A DNA stretch of 64,000 nt. Origin: Epiperipatus broadwayi (lineage: Eukaryota; Animalia; Onychophora). How positions within the stretch are numbered: the first letter of the stretch is position 1; each line of letters starts with the position of its first letter. The translations under genes and the position numbers were made by a program. The notes under the pieces were generated by a model that searched no databases, was not told where the DNA came from, and saw nothing but the letters and a program-made list of their open reading frames with translations. This document shows, in pieces, positions 14,684 through 27,229 of this stretch. The stretch is from contig JAQFVV010000006.1 of the NCBI GenBank assembly GCA_028023455.1, positions 7,254,001 to 7,318,000 on the forward strand, read 5' to 3'.

Positions 14684-15124
14684 CTTAAAAATATTATAAT
14701 AATTAATTAAAATATTTAAAAAAACATGAGCATATAATAAATCTGAAATATATATACTGAAAAGTCAAATAACATAACAGAGGCACTTTTGTCAGCCACT
14801 ATTTTACAACCTGGACTCAAAGCATCATTACATTTAATTTTTTTTTTCAACATGTTTATAACTTGTCTTTCAGTTAGCTGCCCATAGCCAGCCCAGATAA
14901 CCAACAGTATTAGCTAAAGATATGCCAAAGACGAAAACCCACCCAAATGCTTACCATCCATTATTTGGAAAGCATGGTAAATACTGCTCTTTATTCATGG
15001 CCTTTTAACGAGGAGCTGTTAAAAAAATTCTTATTATTCTGCATTGAGTGACTTAAGATGATTATATTACTAAATTATATATATAATATTCTAATACAGT
15101 ATATATTTTTATAATAAGCTTAAT

Positions 15125-16130
15125 CCAATTAGAAAGGACTTAGAAAGCTCCTTACAGCTATGCACTCTATATTATACACACATTAAAATTAGTATAAAAA
15201 ATATACTTATATTTCAGTATTACATATTCAGCCTGTTGTCTGCCCATCTCTTTTCTGTGTAGTTACATGGACATATTAAAGTCCTATATTTGAGCGGTCA
15301 GAATGACATAAAGTCAACATGAATATGAAGATAATATTGGCATCAACAAGGGGTTTGAGTATTCCATCATTGGATTTTCAATGACATGAATGGCTGAAAA
15401 GTTGGAGGATGGAGAGGATTAAAATTTGTCCATTGAAGTTTGAAGATTTGCCAAATCTTAATATAAACAGAGCAATGATTGTATATATGTATGGGAGATA
15501 GCGATCTGGACCAACTGATGAGTGCTGGTTTAGCACAATATATATATATTTTGGAAATAATTTATCTTTTTGACTTGTATGTTGCCATGTGTATCAATTG
15601 AAAAAGATGGAGTGCATAGCTGTAGGAAGGTTGAAAGTCTGTTTTCAAGTCATTTCCAATTACATTAAGTTTACTATAGAAAATATTGTTTTGAATATTA
15701 CTTATTCAGCCTGTATTCTGCATATCCCTCTTCTCTGTAGTTAAATGGACATATTAAGGCCCTATATGTGATGAGTCAGTAACATAAAGTCAACATGGGT
15801 ATGGATATTGTCACCAACAAGAGTTTTGAGTGTTCCGTCATCAGATATTCAATGATATGGATGCCTGAAGAGTAGGAGAGTGGAGAGGATTGAAGCTTGT
15901 CCATTGAAGTTTGAAGATTTGCTATCTTAATATAAACTCAGCAATGAATGAATATATGTGTGGGAGATGGTGATCTGGACCAAGTGATGAGGGCTGGTTC
16001 AGCACAAAATGGGTATATTGGAGATCATTTATCTTTTTGATATGTATGTGGTCATGTGTATCAGTTGTATAAGATGAAGTGCATAGATGTAGGGCGCTTG
16101 AAAGACTATGTTCAAATTCTTTCTAATATA
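15125..16130 (+). mobile_element. Family B tandem dimer (469 bp period) with a short inverted 5' piece; two degenerate hammerheads
   Basis: CTGATGA at 15515 and GTGATGA at 15984; the whole unit is repeated. Confidence 0.9.
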
Positions 16131-16897
16131 TATATATATATGATATCAATGTTACAAGCGAAAGTGAATCACTATCTTCCATATCACCATTAGATAACAC
16201 TAAAGAGTGTGAAATTGAAATCAGCAGTAGCCTCATCCAAATCAGCTTACAATCTAATTTACAATATCAGAACTAATAATTATTGTTCATTCGAATAATC
16301 TTGTAAACAAATTACAATCTATCAAATGTTTACGATTAATAATGTATAAGTGCAGTTTAATTGAAGCATGTGTGTAAATATGCATACACCTATACTATGT
16401 TTAGTGCACATCCTTTACGCAAAGATTCACAATAGCGATCATCATCAATTTGTACTCACTAATGATTAATGAATGTGCAGTGCAGTATTTTATTTAACTT
16501 TCATCCGGGGATCTTTCAAGACAATTGGTTCATTAATGATGTAACCAAAGTAAAAATTTTCATCGTTAGTAATTCCAAAGTCCCCCAAAAAGTGTTTCAT
16601 CAGTATATAAATAATCAAAATCATATTTTAATTACATTCAACAATCAAATACATAAATACCATATTAATTTTGAAAATATGTACATTAGTTAAAAATTGG
16701 TGCATTATATTTATTCACTTTTATGGATTAACACTTTTATTAATAGTACTTTGCTTAAGGCAAAAATAATGTTCATCATATTGTAATTTAATTATCGTAA
16801 TTACTATTTTGAAAAAAAAAAACAACTTCATAATAAGAAACTTTGCATGATCAAAAAATTACTAAATCTAAATTAAAAATGACAATGTATTTGTCAA

Positions 16898-16969
16898 GAG
16901 GTGGTGGTCGAGTGGTCAGCACAGCTGCCTTACAAGCAGTTGTCCCAGGTTTGCTTCCTGGCCGATGCT
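16898..16969 (+). pseudogene. tRNA-Gly(TCC)-derived pseudogene; anticodon now reads TAC
   Basis: Colinear with eukaryotic tRNA-Gly-TCC (..GGTGGT..AGTGGT.AGCA.AGCTGCCTT(C>A)CAAGCAGTTG.CCC.GGTT.G.TTCC.GGCC); anticodon and T stems pair, but the T loop (TTTGCTT) and acceptor stem are damaged. Confidence 0.8.
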
Positions 16970-18815
16970 TTGACACATAAAAAAAATAATCTATTTGTTC
17001 GATTTTAAAACTTCTCATAATGTTATCACACATATATAAAAATTTAGAACTGAAAAAAAAAAAAACGAAAATTTTCTTCAGCATAAAACTGTTAAAAAAA
17101 CATACAAAATTGTATACAAATAAACTGAAAAAATTCATACATTTAATATTTATTTAAATAGTTTATGACCAACCTAATGGGAAAAAAATTAAGATATTTT
17201 AGAGAACATGCCTACAGCACTTAATAAAATGTGACACCTCATGGCAAAAAAAAAATTTGCAGTTATCATACATATTTGTACACCATATAAAGTGGTCTCT
17301 ATTTAGATCTACCATAGTACATATTGTAAAAAAAGCCTTACATATTGATTACAATATGCAAACACAGAACACATTAGATATTTTGTTTTTCCTTTTTAAG
17401 ACATCAAGAAAATCTCTGACCTTAAGTCGACTAAAAAGAGGAGGAAATTGTGATATCTGTTCTAAGGGTTTATCCACATTTACTGTCACTATTTTTAAAA
17501 ACCAAGACAAAATAGAACAAAGTGCTCAAACCATTGTAGGTGTGTTGAAACTTTCCAAAATCATGGCACCCCATATAAAAAAACCCAAGAAGTACATCAA
17601 TCATCCATTCTAAACTTTTCTCTAGATCCTCAGTCATTATCTGGTGCACTGCTCCAAAAAAAGTCAATATCATCAAAAGATTTAGAAGACAACAAAGGAC
17701 CTTAGAATAAGCAATTTATGATTCAGAAAATTATGATTAATGAACGGTTCACTGGAAAGAACCTTAAATGTTTTTGCATAGGGTTAAGTTGCGTTATCTT
17801 AAATAAATGCATATTTTAAATGCACACTTGCATTGTACACCTAGCGCAGTTTATGCAAGCATATAATGTACATTAAGGTTTTTTAATTACTATATATATA
17901 TACTAGGTTAAGCTGCTTGTTCACAGCTTATAATGTAATTTTTAGCTGAAGTAATCAGCCAAATTTTTTTCTATAGAAAACTATTAAAACTACTAATTCT
18001 TTATGCAACATTCTCGCTTAACGATGAGTTTTCAGGAACCGATTGCCCTCGCTAAGTGGGGTAAAGATGTGCAGTGATTAAATTATATATATATATCATA
18101 TTTTCAAATATATTTGTCTTACAAAACAGATATACTTTCCATTAAATAATACTAAAAACAACTTTCAATTTATCTACAAAAATCTGTTTAGAGAAAGAAA
18201 AACACTTAACTTTTAATAATCAATGAAACATTTAACTCAGATGACATGCTTAAAATCCTTTTTATTAATTTTTTGTAAATGTAACATATAGCTGATAGTA
18301 TAGGATTAATCATTATAAAGTAACAAACCTTAAGGTATTAGAATAATTAACATGGATGATCATGTCACAGTAGCGCTAATCCCAAAGTACCGACAAATAT
18401 AAAAAGCAAATGACTACCAAGATGCATTCCCCACAGAATCTGCATTAACACAATGTAATATTTATTCATATCAAAGGATTGTGATCTCCATATGCACTAA
18501 TTTTGATGATATTGTCTAGGATAAATGTTAATGATCATTTAGATATCATACTATTCACAACTATCTTAAACCCGTTAAATTATAGAAAAAGTATAAGAAA
18601 ATCAGAAGAGAAATTTAACAAAATAATGGAATAGTATGTAGAAAAAATAAAATAGACAAGAATAAATATAGAGGTATTAAAACTTATAATAAATGTATTG
18701 TGAAAAGTATGAATAAAATTAATTATTAGAATTATTAAAAAGTTTAATAATGTAATAAAATTTAAGATAGTAAATAAAAAAAGGAAGATTATACTTAGTA
18801 TATTAGATAATAAAC

Positions 18816-19133
18816 ATGAGAAAAATAGAAAAATGCATAAATGGAGTATATAAAATTGAATGCAAGTTATGTAAAAATATAAATATAAAAACTAATTATG
18901 TAGGAAAAACAAAGAATTCAATTTATACAAGATTAATACAACATAAATATGATAAGAGATCACCTACTTATTTGCATTCATTAGAAACAGGTCAAAGGTT
19001 TGAGAAATATAGCATTAAAATGATTAATTATACAAATAATAAAAGGGATAGGAAAATTAAAGAGGAAATATTGATTAAGAATATAAAACCAAATCTTAAT
19101 AGAGATTTTGGAGTAAAGACAATAATTTTATAA
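18816..19133 (+). CDS. GIY-YIG endonuclease domain of a Penelope-like element (fragment; not a full ORF)
   Basis: GVYKIEC..C....YVGKT....TRL.QH...H..ETG..F...R.IKE.I.IK...PNLNRD.G motifs. Confidence 0.85.
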   Translation: MRKIEKCINGVYKIECKLCKNINIKTNYVGKTKNSIYTRLIQHKYDKRSPTYLHSLETGQRFEKYSIKMINYTNNKRDRKIKEEILIKNIKPNLNRDFGVKTIIL

Positions 19134-19640
19134 ACAATTATTATTAATAGTTTGAATTTGAAAAAGATTAAGTGGAAGAAAATGGCAATCGAGGAAGGTG
19201 TTAAGCAAGTATAAAAATTTTGAAAATTTTGTCAACTGGGTTTTTAGAAATAGGATTGTAAAGAGGTGAGTAATTTTGTAATGTAAAAAAAGTAATTTGC
19301 AATGTGAGAAAGTTAATAAATAATTATAAAATATTTAATAAAAATAAAAAAAGGTTAGAAGTTAATTAAAATATAAGTTAAAAGACAATAATATGTATTA
19401 AATAGTAGAATAAAAAGTTAAAGTTTTTTAAAATTAAAATTATAATAAATAATTTTTAAAAATAAAATAAAGTAATATAAAATAAATGTGGATAGAATTA
19501 ATTAAGAGTAAAAGAATAGATTGGGAAATGATTATTTATAATGGTCAGGCTAAAATATATGTTTTATTTTGTGTATTTAATTATTTATATGAATATGTGC
19601 ATAAATATATTAATTATATAATTATATATGTGGATATTGT

Positions 19641-19680
19641 AGCTCTGATGATGACTGCAGGACAGTTGAAACTGTAAGAA
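19641..19680 (+). ncRNA. Minimal PLE-type hammerhead motif (HHR-C)
   Basis: CTGATGA, 5-bp helix II GACTG/CAGTT, GAAACTGTA; helix I only about 2 bp. Confidence 0.55.
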
Positions 19681-20472
19681 TAAAGTTTTGATATAAAAAA
19701 ATATTGTTAAAGTGTTTAAGAAAATTGTAAATGGTATGATATATAAGAGTAGAAATCAATATGTAGGAAAAGGAAGAAGAAGAAAATTATAATGATCATT
19801 TACTAATAATTTTTCATTAAGCTATAAATTATTATTTCATTTTCTGTCCATATTTGAACTTTAAACCAGTTAAAAATAATATATCACTTATTAAATAGAA
19901 AATGGATCCTTCCATTTTACTGATCAGGTGGATATTTACAATACTAATGAAAGTTCTAAATTAAAAACTAAAATAAGGTATGTTAAAAGTAAATGTTCCA
20001 AAGTATTAAGTTACCTGATCCTTCCAATATCTTCTTACACATTTAGCATTTATCATAAAAAAATTAAAACTTAAACTACTATTAAAATCCAGTCATTTCA
20101 GAAAAGTAAAAAAATGAAATAAATATTACTCAAAGGTTGATATAAATCAATTTTAATATATATTAATAAAAACCAGTAACACAGAAACCCAATATAATAA
20201 CAATCAAAATTTCAAACTGTTGTCAACAACCTCCTTTTAAAATAAAGGTGGAATGCCACCTTTATCAATGATCCAATTTACTTATATAGACACTAAAGAT
20301 TGCAACTTGGCCACAGAGATTGAAATTATTGATAGAAAGAAGTTTAAATAAACCTCACACAGGTAAATATAACCTATTCTGAATGCAAAGTAATAAATAG
20401 TCAATCATAACATTACAAATTGCAACTGCAATTATACATTTCAAATTGCACTCAAAGTATTACTTAAATGGA

Positions 20473-20514
20473 CCAACTGATGATTGCTGGTTTAGCATGA
20501 AATACATATATTGG
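20473..20514 (+). ncRNA. Family B hammerhead with catalytic core intact
   Basis: CCAA-CTGATGA-TTGCTGGTTTAGCAT-GAAATACATATA-TTGG; T.T mismatch at the base of helix II. Confidence 0.7.
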
Positions 20515-21452
20515 TGATTATTTATCTTTTCAACATATGTGTGTTCAAGTGTATCAGTGTTATGAGATAGTGTGGAGAATGGTGGGTCGTGTGGAAGTCT
20601 GTGCTCATATACCATATATATATATATATATTAAATAATGAGTGTATATATATTCACTCATATAATATTTTGATTATAAAAAAACGAGTAAAGAAATATT
20701 TTAATATAAAAATAATTTTTTTTAAAAATTAACATTTTTTAAAATTGTTCTAAATGTAGTCTACAATTCACTCAATATATTTTAAAGATAATCATTTGAT
20801 TATGGAAAAGGAAAAAAAATCTACAATTATTTCATTAATTAAATCTTTTGAAACGACGCAAATCGATCCTTTGTTTTCAGACGAAATCAACATGGTTGTT
20901 TGATAAATTTTAGAAAAGTATAATTACGTTTATAAAAACTTAATAATATCACGTAAAAGAAACTGGGAATCTTAAAAATATTTCTCTTATCCTTTTAACT
21001 GATGATCTTTTTAACCTTTTCTTGTTTTATGTATGGCTTCTTTCAGTAAATCAAGATAGTATATATATTTATTTCAAATTCTTTGGGAATTATTTATGAT
21101 ATAAGTAATTAAGAAACTGCTTTAAACTCCAAATGTACTGCAAACTCAAATGATTGTACTGTACTTGTAAAAACAATCCAAGAGTAAGGGATCTAACAAT
21201 AAATCTCTCCTAGAACTATACATAATACTTGAAAAGATTTTTGAAATATATGGTATTTTGAAATTCAACCATGATGCAAATTTGTTCCAGTAAAATTAAG
21301 TTTAAAGAAAAGCTTTTTTTTTTGGTTTTGTAGTAAATAAATTAATTTATATATACTTTTTCCTTCTTCTTCTTCAGTAATTTGCTTATTATATAAAAAT
21401 ATATCTTATCACAGTCTTCTTACACCCTTTAAGCAAATAATTTTAATTAATA

Positions 21453-21494
21453 TAATAACAGTTTCGACTGTCCCTGGCAGTCTTCTTCAGATCT
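21453..21494 (-). ncRNA. Minimal PLE-type hammerhead motif (HHR-C) in a pLTR-like fragment (about 21360-21520)
   Basis: Minus strand AGAT-CTGAAGA-A-GACTG-CCAGGGA-CAGTC-GAAACTGTT-ATT; flanks resemble 19680-19790. Confidence 0.65.
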
Positions 21495-21529
21495 CAATCT
21501 ATTGCTCTACCTCTCCCTTTCCACCATTT

Positions 21530-22020
21530 ACATAAGATATATTGTTGTAAAATAAATTAATTGTTACATTTTTATATATCTCTGTCAAACTCACTCCACT
21601 CACAACTTTGACACCATTCCCCTCAGAAAAATATAATAATGATTATTACTAATCGTTTCCTAAACTAGAGATTATCTTTAGCATATATATAAACTTTAAC
21701 CTCGGTTAAAGATTAATATATCTGATTTTTTAATTTTAAACATACACACATGGAGTTATTCACCTGTCTTTTTCCCATGCATAATATCATTATAGATATA
21801 TTAAACAACCTCCATATTTCCCCATTCTTTTTAAATTCATATAAATAAAAATACAATAAAAGACAAATGACCCCCAAGATGCATTTTGTGCTGAACCAGG
21901 GCTCATCAGTTGGCCCAAGTCACTATCTTCCATATATATCTCTATTATATGAAGAGGATATATCTATAGTAAATTGTTACATTTTTATTACCATTGTCAA
22001 CCTTACTACATCTTTATCTA
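21530..22020 (-). mobile_element. B2 variant monomer with degenerate hammerhead (21872-21925, helix III ATGCAT)
   Basis: Hammerhead-B-like module plus a body sharing gtgtcaaagttgtg with 25.2 kb; aaattgttacatttttat is repeated about 415 bp apart. Confidence 0.55.
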
Positions 22021-22348
22021 TATGAATTTAAAAAAAATAGGGGAAGTATAGAGATTGCTTACTATATCTATAAAATAAATTAAATAGAATAATATAGCTA
22101 ATGATGATACCATTCAATTCATTTTTATAAATTGCCAGGAAAAAATGTTTGTTAAAAAATATAAATTTATAATCCAGGATTCCTCCTAATTTATGAACTA
22201 CAAAATTTAAATAAAGAAGAACTATCTATAATCAAGTCAAATTCTTGAAAATAGGCACCATAGAAAAATGATAGCCGGATAAACAGTGGTGAGCATTATT
22301 AACAATGTGTTAATTATATATCAAATAAGTAATTTTTATAAAAAAGAC

Positions 22349-23594
22349 ATTAGCATGTTGAAACCGCTTGATGGCATTGATTCCATCCAAATGCATATAA
22401 ATATGTCATTTAGTGGGCCGCACTACAGTCAAACCAAATAGCCACAACTTTTTTTTTCTGTTGTAACTAACAGCTTGCTTTGTCTTGTGCAGTTTGTGTG
22501 AGTGCACACAATACTATCTTTTACCAATGTTAACACTTTGCTATTGTAGCCATTTCAGGGTGGGTGGATTTAATATTTGCATAACTATTGCAATCTGCAT
22601 TCAAAAGTAATTACGGTACAACTTACCTAATGTACTATTAAAAAGTAGTAATTATAAGCCCATTACCCTGCTTCTGAACCCACTAGAAAAGGTTGTGGGT
22701 AACCACAATTTCACTGTTTTCCCAAAAAAAGTCATGGTTTGTGAGAACACCTACGAGAGTTAAAATGCCAAACTGTAAAATTTCTCGTAGTTATACCAGA
22801 GACAAAAAGAAATTATAAAAAGAATACATTTCTTAATCTTAAAAAAACCAAAACAATAGAGTTGGAAATTATTAATCGTTATTAATAGGTGTGCCATTAG
22901 TATCCATCATACCGCAGTCGTATATTCTTTCAAAGATAGCTATTGGAATAAATAAAGATTAATTTTCCTTTTCAAAAATGACCCCCAAAAAAGAGTGAAA
23001 TACAGTTCAGTAATTAAAGCATTCTCATTTCTTCCACCACGATGTAGTTAGTTATCTGTCAAGCAATGATAGTAGACTTTTTAAAGTTTCCGAGAAGGGC
23101 GGGTGGTATTTTGGGTCCAGTGCAAAGTACTAGCACACACAGGGAATTTCTACTAGAATAGAATATTTGCAATAATGTCTGTGAATTGGTAAGTTTGAAT
23201 TCTTGCGGATGTGAAAAAGCATGCCATCTCCTCCCTACATTGCAGGAGTAATATAAAATTTGTAGGCACTTGTTAAAGGTTTAAATTTATCCTTATAAAA
23301 TTGTTATTAAAAAAATTTGACAGTAATTTATTAAGGAAATCAATCAATGAATTATGTTAACCCGTATAATAAAATGTCTGACTGTAAAAAAATTCTCGTA
23401 GTTATATCCAGAAACAAAAATAAATTGTAAAAAGAATTACAGTAATTTATTAAAGAAAATAAATATGAATTACATTAACCCATATGATTATTCTTATTAT
23501 TATTTCACAAATAAGGTGGTGGTGGGCCCGGTAATATTATATTTATGTGCATTTTCATAGAAACAATGCCATCAAGCGGTTTCGACATGCTAAT
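22349..23594. mobile_element. Unclassified 1.25 kb segment bounded by 31-bp inverted repeats
   Basis: attagcatgttgaaaccgcttgatggcattg / caatgccatcaagcggtttcgacatgctaat, one mismatch; internal direct repeats at about 22775 and 23380. Confidence 0.55.
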
Positions 23595-25082
23595 AGAATA
23601 ATACCAAAACAAAAAATATTTGGCATTAGTAAAATAATGCAGAATTAATTTTGTATTTATATTTCATAATACTGTATAGATTTAAATGTACCATATATTA
23701 TGTAAACACTGTTAATATCTATATTATAAATTAAATACTGCATAACGCTATATGAGCAATTAATAATAAAATAGAAATTCATATAATAGTACAATACTAG
23801 TCAAAACAATACAATTTTACTAAAATTGTTACACAGCCATGGTCTGTTTGTTAAAAGATGTTTGGTGTAAGAATTTTAGTAAAGATAGTTTGTGTGATTG
23901 TTCAGTTTTACTTTCTAGTTAAAACCATCTAGATACCCATTTAACAACCAATAACACTGGCTATCCAAGCCTGATTGAACCTAAAAATCTTTCAAATTTT
24001 ACCTGGCTTGTATTTGAATCCTGTTCAAGAAAACAGCAGGTATATGTGCGGTCTCTATGCCACAAGTCCCTTATTAATCGTAAATAATTTGTTTCCAAAT
24101 CATTCTAAGAGTCAAATATAAGCATGTGTGTGAAGAGTATTAGAGGAGATCTGAACCACAACCCACAGTTCTTGAGCTCCAAATTCTTTCATTCTGCTAC
24201 TCTGCCAAACTATGCAGACCAAGAAATCCTATCGATATGATATCTGAAATGTTATAATTTAGAAGAACGCTAGGTAATGAGTTAAGTTTGTTGGAAGGGA
24301 GATTGTAGAATATTTTAAAAGTAGGTCTGAAATAGACAAATATTAATGATAGAAAATGAAAGCAAAGTTCTTTGGTCAAAAGAAGATGCTCTCAGAACTG
24401 GGGCAAAGGGTGAGAGAAGATTCCCCAAACTTACAATTTTTAAGGTTTCTGGCATGAAAAGGTAAAGAAAATTGTGTGACCAACTAAATCAAACACTTAA
24501 CTTTATAAAATCATTGTTTTGTTGTTGTTTTTTTTGGGGGGAGGGATTTTGAAGAGCCTGCTAGATAATTTCTCTCAATTTCAACATTATCGACTGATGC
24601 CCCTTGTAATTAAGCAATCAGAATACCAATCAAGTACCAACCCTTGATCATCATCAGTGATAAGTTTAAAATATATTTGCAGCCAATATAGTTGGTGGAG
24701 TGTAAGTTTTTTTTTTGTTAAAGGATACAGAGTTCATAAAAGATAATCCAAAAAGTATAGATGATATTGCAATGAATAATTATTTATCTGGATTTGTTTA
24801 ATAATGACAAAATAAAGTTTTCTGCCCATCTTCAACCATGAGACAGAATTCTTCAATTGGACTCCACCTAATACAGAAACTTATAAGCCACTTAGATATC
24901 CATTAGCTTACGAGTAATTTCATAGATGGTTAGTTTGTGTGCAATAGTTGGATTTTGATTAATAACCTGTGATCATAAGGGGGCCTTTGTAGGTTAATTA
25001 TGAGCTAACTTGACTTGTTTCTCTGACATTAATTCGCCAATTTTCATAACTTCAATATATGTGTAGGTAATTAAGATGCACT

Positions 25083-25545
25083 TAGAACCCAGTCCCTCCC
25101 TTGGGTGATAGTGGTACAGCGAACATTACACTACAGAAATATTATTTATTAAATGGATGATCTCTAGTCTAATGAATGGCTAATAAAAAATATTAATATA
25201 CTTCCACCAAGTGATTTGTGTCAAAGTTGTGAAGGCAGTAAGTTTGTCACTTATCAATTAAATTGTAGTAATCAATTGCCTATATATACTGAACAATAAT
25301 AAAGGTATGTATACTAGATTGTGATCTGGGCCAACTGATGATGCTGGTCCAGCATAAAATGTACATCTTGGGGATCATATATTTTTTTCACGTCTTTGGA
25401 TATATGTTTATGATTATACCTTTCCACAAGATGTTAAAAGTGGATAGAAACCAGTTCCTACTTTGCATGAGAGTGGCGTAGTAAAAATTACACTACAGAA
25501 ATGTTATTCATTAAGTGGATAATCTCTAATCTAATGAATGACTAA
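25083..25545 (+). mobile_element. B2 variant: about 363 bp period with terminal redundancy and a degenerate hammerhead (25322-25378)
   Basis: About 100-bp direct repeats at 25083 and 25445 flank CCAACTGATGATGCTGGTCCAGCATAAAATGTACATCTTGG. Confidence 0.65.
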
Positions 25546-25619
25546 GGCAGTTTTTTTCACTTTACTCTAAGGCCATCTATTATAAGTGTGAGTAATCAAT
25601 GGACACTAGATGATAATTC

Positions 25620-26040
25620 TCTACATGGTTTGGTGCATTGATAGATTGCTGGTCTCTGTACCTGTGAGATCCTCACTGCCAGCACTTGAATTTCCTATGA
25701 ATTCCCAAGCAATAAATCCATTTGATTTGCATTATATGGTTTGGTGCACTGGTAAAGAATCTGGTTCTGCAGCATAAGGTCTTTGAATCAATTCTGGTAC
25801 TATCAGTGCTCGAGCTTTTTATGAACTTCCAAGCGATGAAACCATTTAATCTGCCCTTCATGGTTTGGTACAGTGGTATAGTATCACACTCTTGAGCATA
25901 AGGTCCTTGGATTAATTCTAGAACTTCTTATAAATTAACAAACCTGCAGGGTTTAGGACAGTGGTAAAGTGTTAGATTCTGGAATCCTGAGATCATCTGA
26001 GATGATACCATTTCTGGCATTTCCAATACACAAACTTCCT
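25620..26040 (+). repeat. Tandem array of about four degenerate tRNA-like SINE heads
   Basis: ggtttggtRcaNtggtaNag A-box-like starts at about 25627, 25738, 25862 and 25950. Confidence 0.55.
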
Positions 26041-27229
26041 GTGAACTCTTGACCAATGAGGCCATTCAATTATTTACCTATTTATTTACTATAGAATAAT
26101 ATTAGTAAAAATCTACATTTCTATATCTGTTTCTGGCCTTTGCCACCGAGAAAAAACACATATACTGATTTACATTTGATTAGAAGGGTTTGTTTTAAAA
26201 TTCAGATAAAATTCTTTAATTTGCAGAATAAAAATACGTGAGTATATTTGCATATTTTAATTTTGCATCATTTACAAATTTGCAATGCTTTTTGATGGTT
26301 CCTCATTTTAAAAGGCTTCGTGGCATAATGTTGTTCAGTGTCCATACCTGGGATTCTAATGCAGGTTATGCAAACAGTGAAATATTTTTTGATTGCAAAC
26401 AGGTTTACAGTTTTTTTTCTCATGAACACAGTCCACAGTCCATCCAAGTAATCTTTCAATAGTGGTGTGAAATGAATATCTAGTTATTCTTACTAAAATG
26501 TAAGAATCCTAGATTAGTTAAAGTTGACCAATGGCTATTAATGCACTGATGAGGTAAAAACAATTGTAATATGATGTAACTTTCACTGATGGTGGGAGAG
26601 AGAGAGAATGTCATACTCCCATGAGCACTGAATGTATGAAAATCTTCACTTTTTAAAAAAAATTATGGGAGGGGGAGGGGAAGGTAGAAGAAGAAAAAAT
26701 GATAGGTGGTTTTAATGGGCATTGAAAGAGTAGATTGAAAAATAGAAAGTTTGGAGGTGTATTGGTCTTTTGATAGATAACTAGTTATGTCTTAAAACTG
26801 GACAACATTAAAAAATGTTTTCTGTTTACAAAAATAACAAAAAAACAATGCAAAATGTTATTAATAAATAAATTAAAACTATGTTCGTAGTTTTGGTTCT
26901 TGTATTAATAATTCTAAACACCAAAAGATCTGACTTGAAAATAGATTGATCTATACGATTAAGCATAAGGTGAAATATATGAATCAAAATGTATGGTACA
27001 TTTTATTTTGAAAGGAATAATAACAGACCAATACTAATGACAAATACCAACATGATAGCAACAATGAGTTTATTTAATAAATAACAATGATGATGAGGAT
27101 AACAATAGTAATTAAACCAATAATAATAACACCACATCAATAATGAAGTGAATGTGTTTCATCAATCATTTAAAAATAACAAAACAATAAAAAAACATAT
27201 CATTAAACTATTACACGACCAAAAAAAAA

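Larger units (their letters stand above)
18540..19800 (+). mobile_element. Penelope-like retroelement 3' part: linker, GIY-YIG endonuclease and pseudo-LTR with hammerhead motif
   Basis: GIY-YIG ORF, frameshifted upstream linker, CTGATGA-T-GACTG..CAGTT-GAAAC at 19645-19676. Confidence 0.85.

Noticed and set aside
14955-15016. Minus-strand segment with good acceptor and gtaag donor
   Set aside because: All three frames contain stops, and an internal ATG gives a phase incompatible with the 14683 exon
15125-16130. Repeat-spacer arrays (CRISPR-like)
   Set aside because: Repeats here are long TE-type monomers in eukaryotic introns; there are no short regular repeats with unique spacers and no cas genes anywhere in the window
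26530-26600. Isolated CTGATGAG motif
   Set aside because: No helix II, GAAA or helix I complement follows
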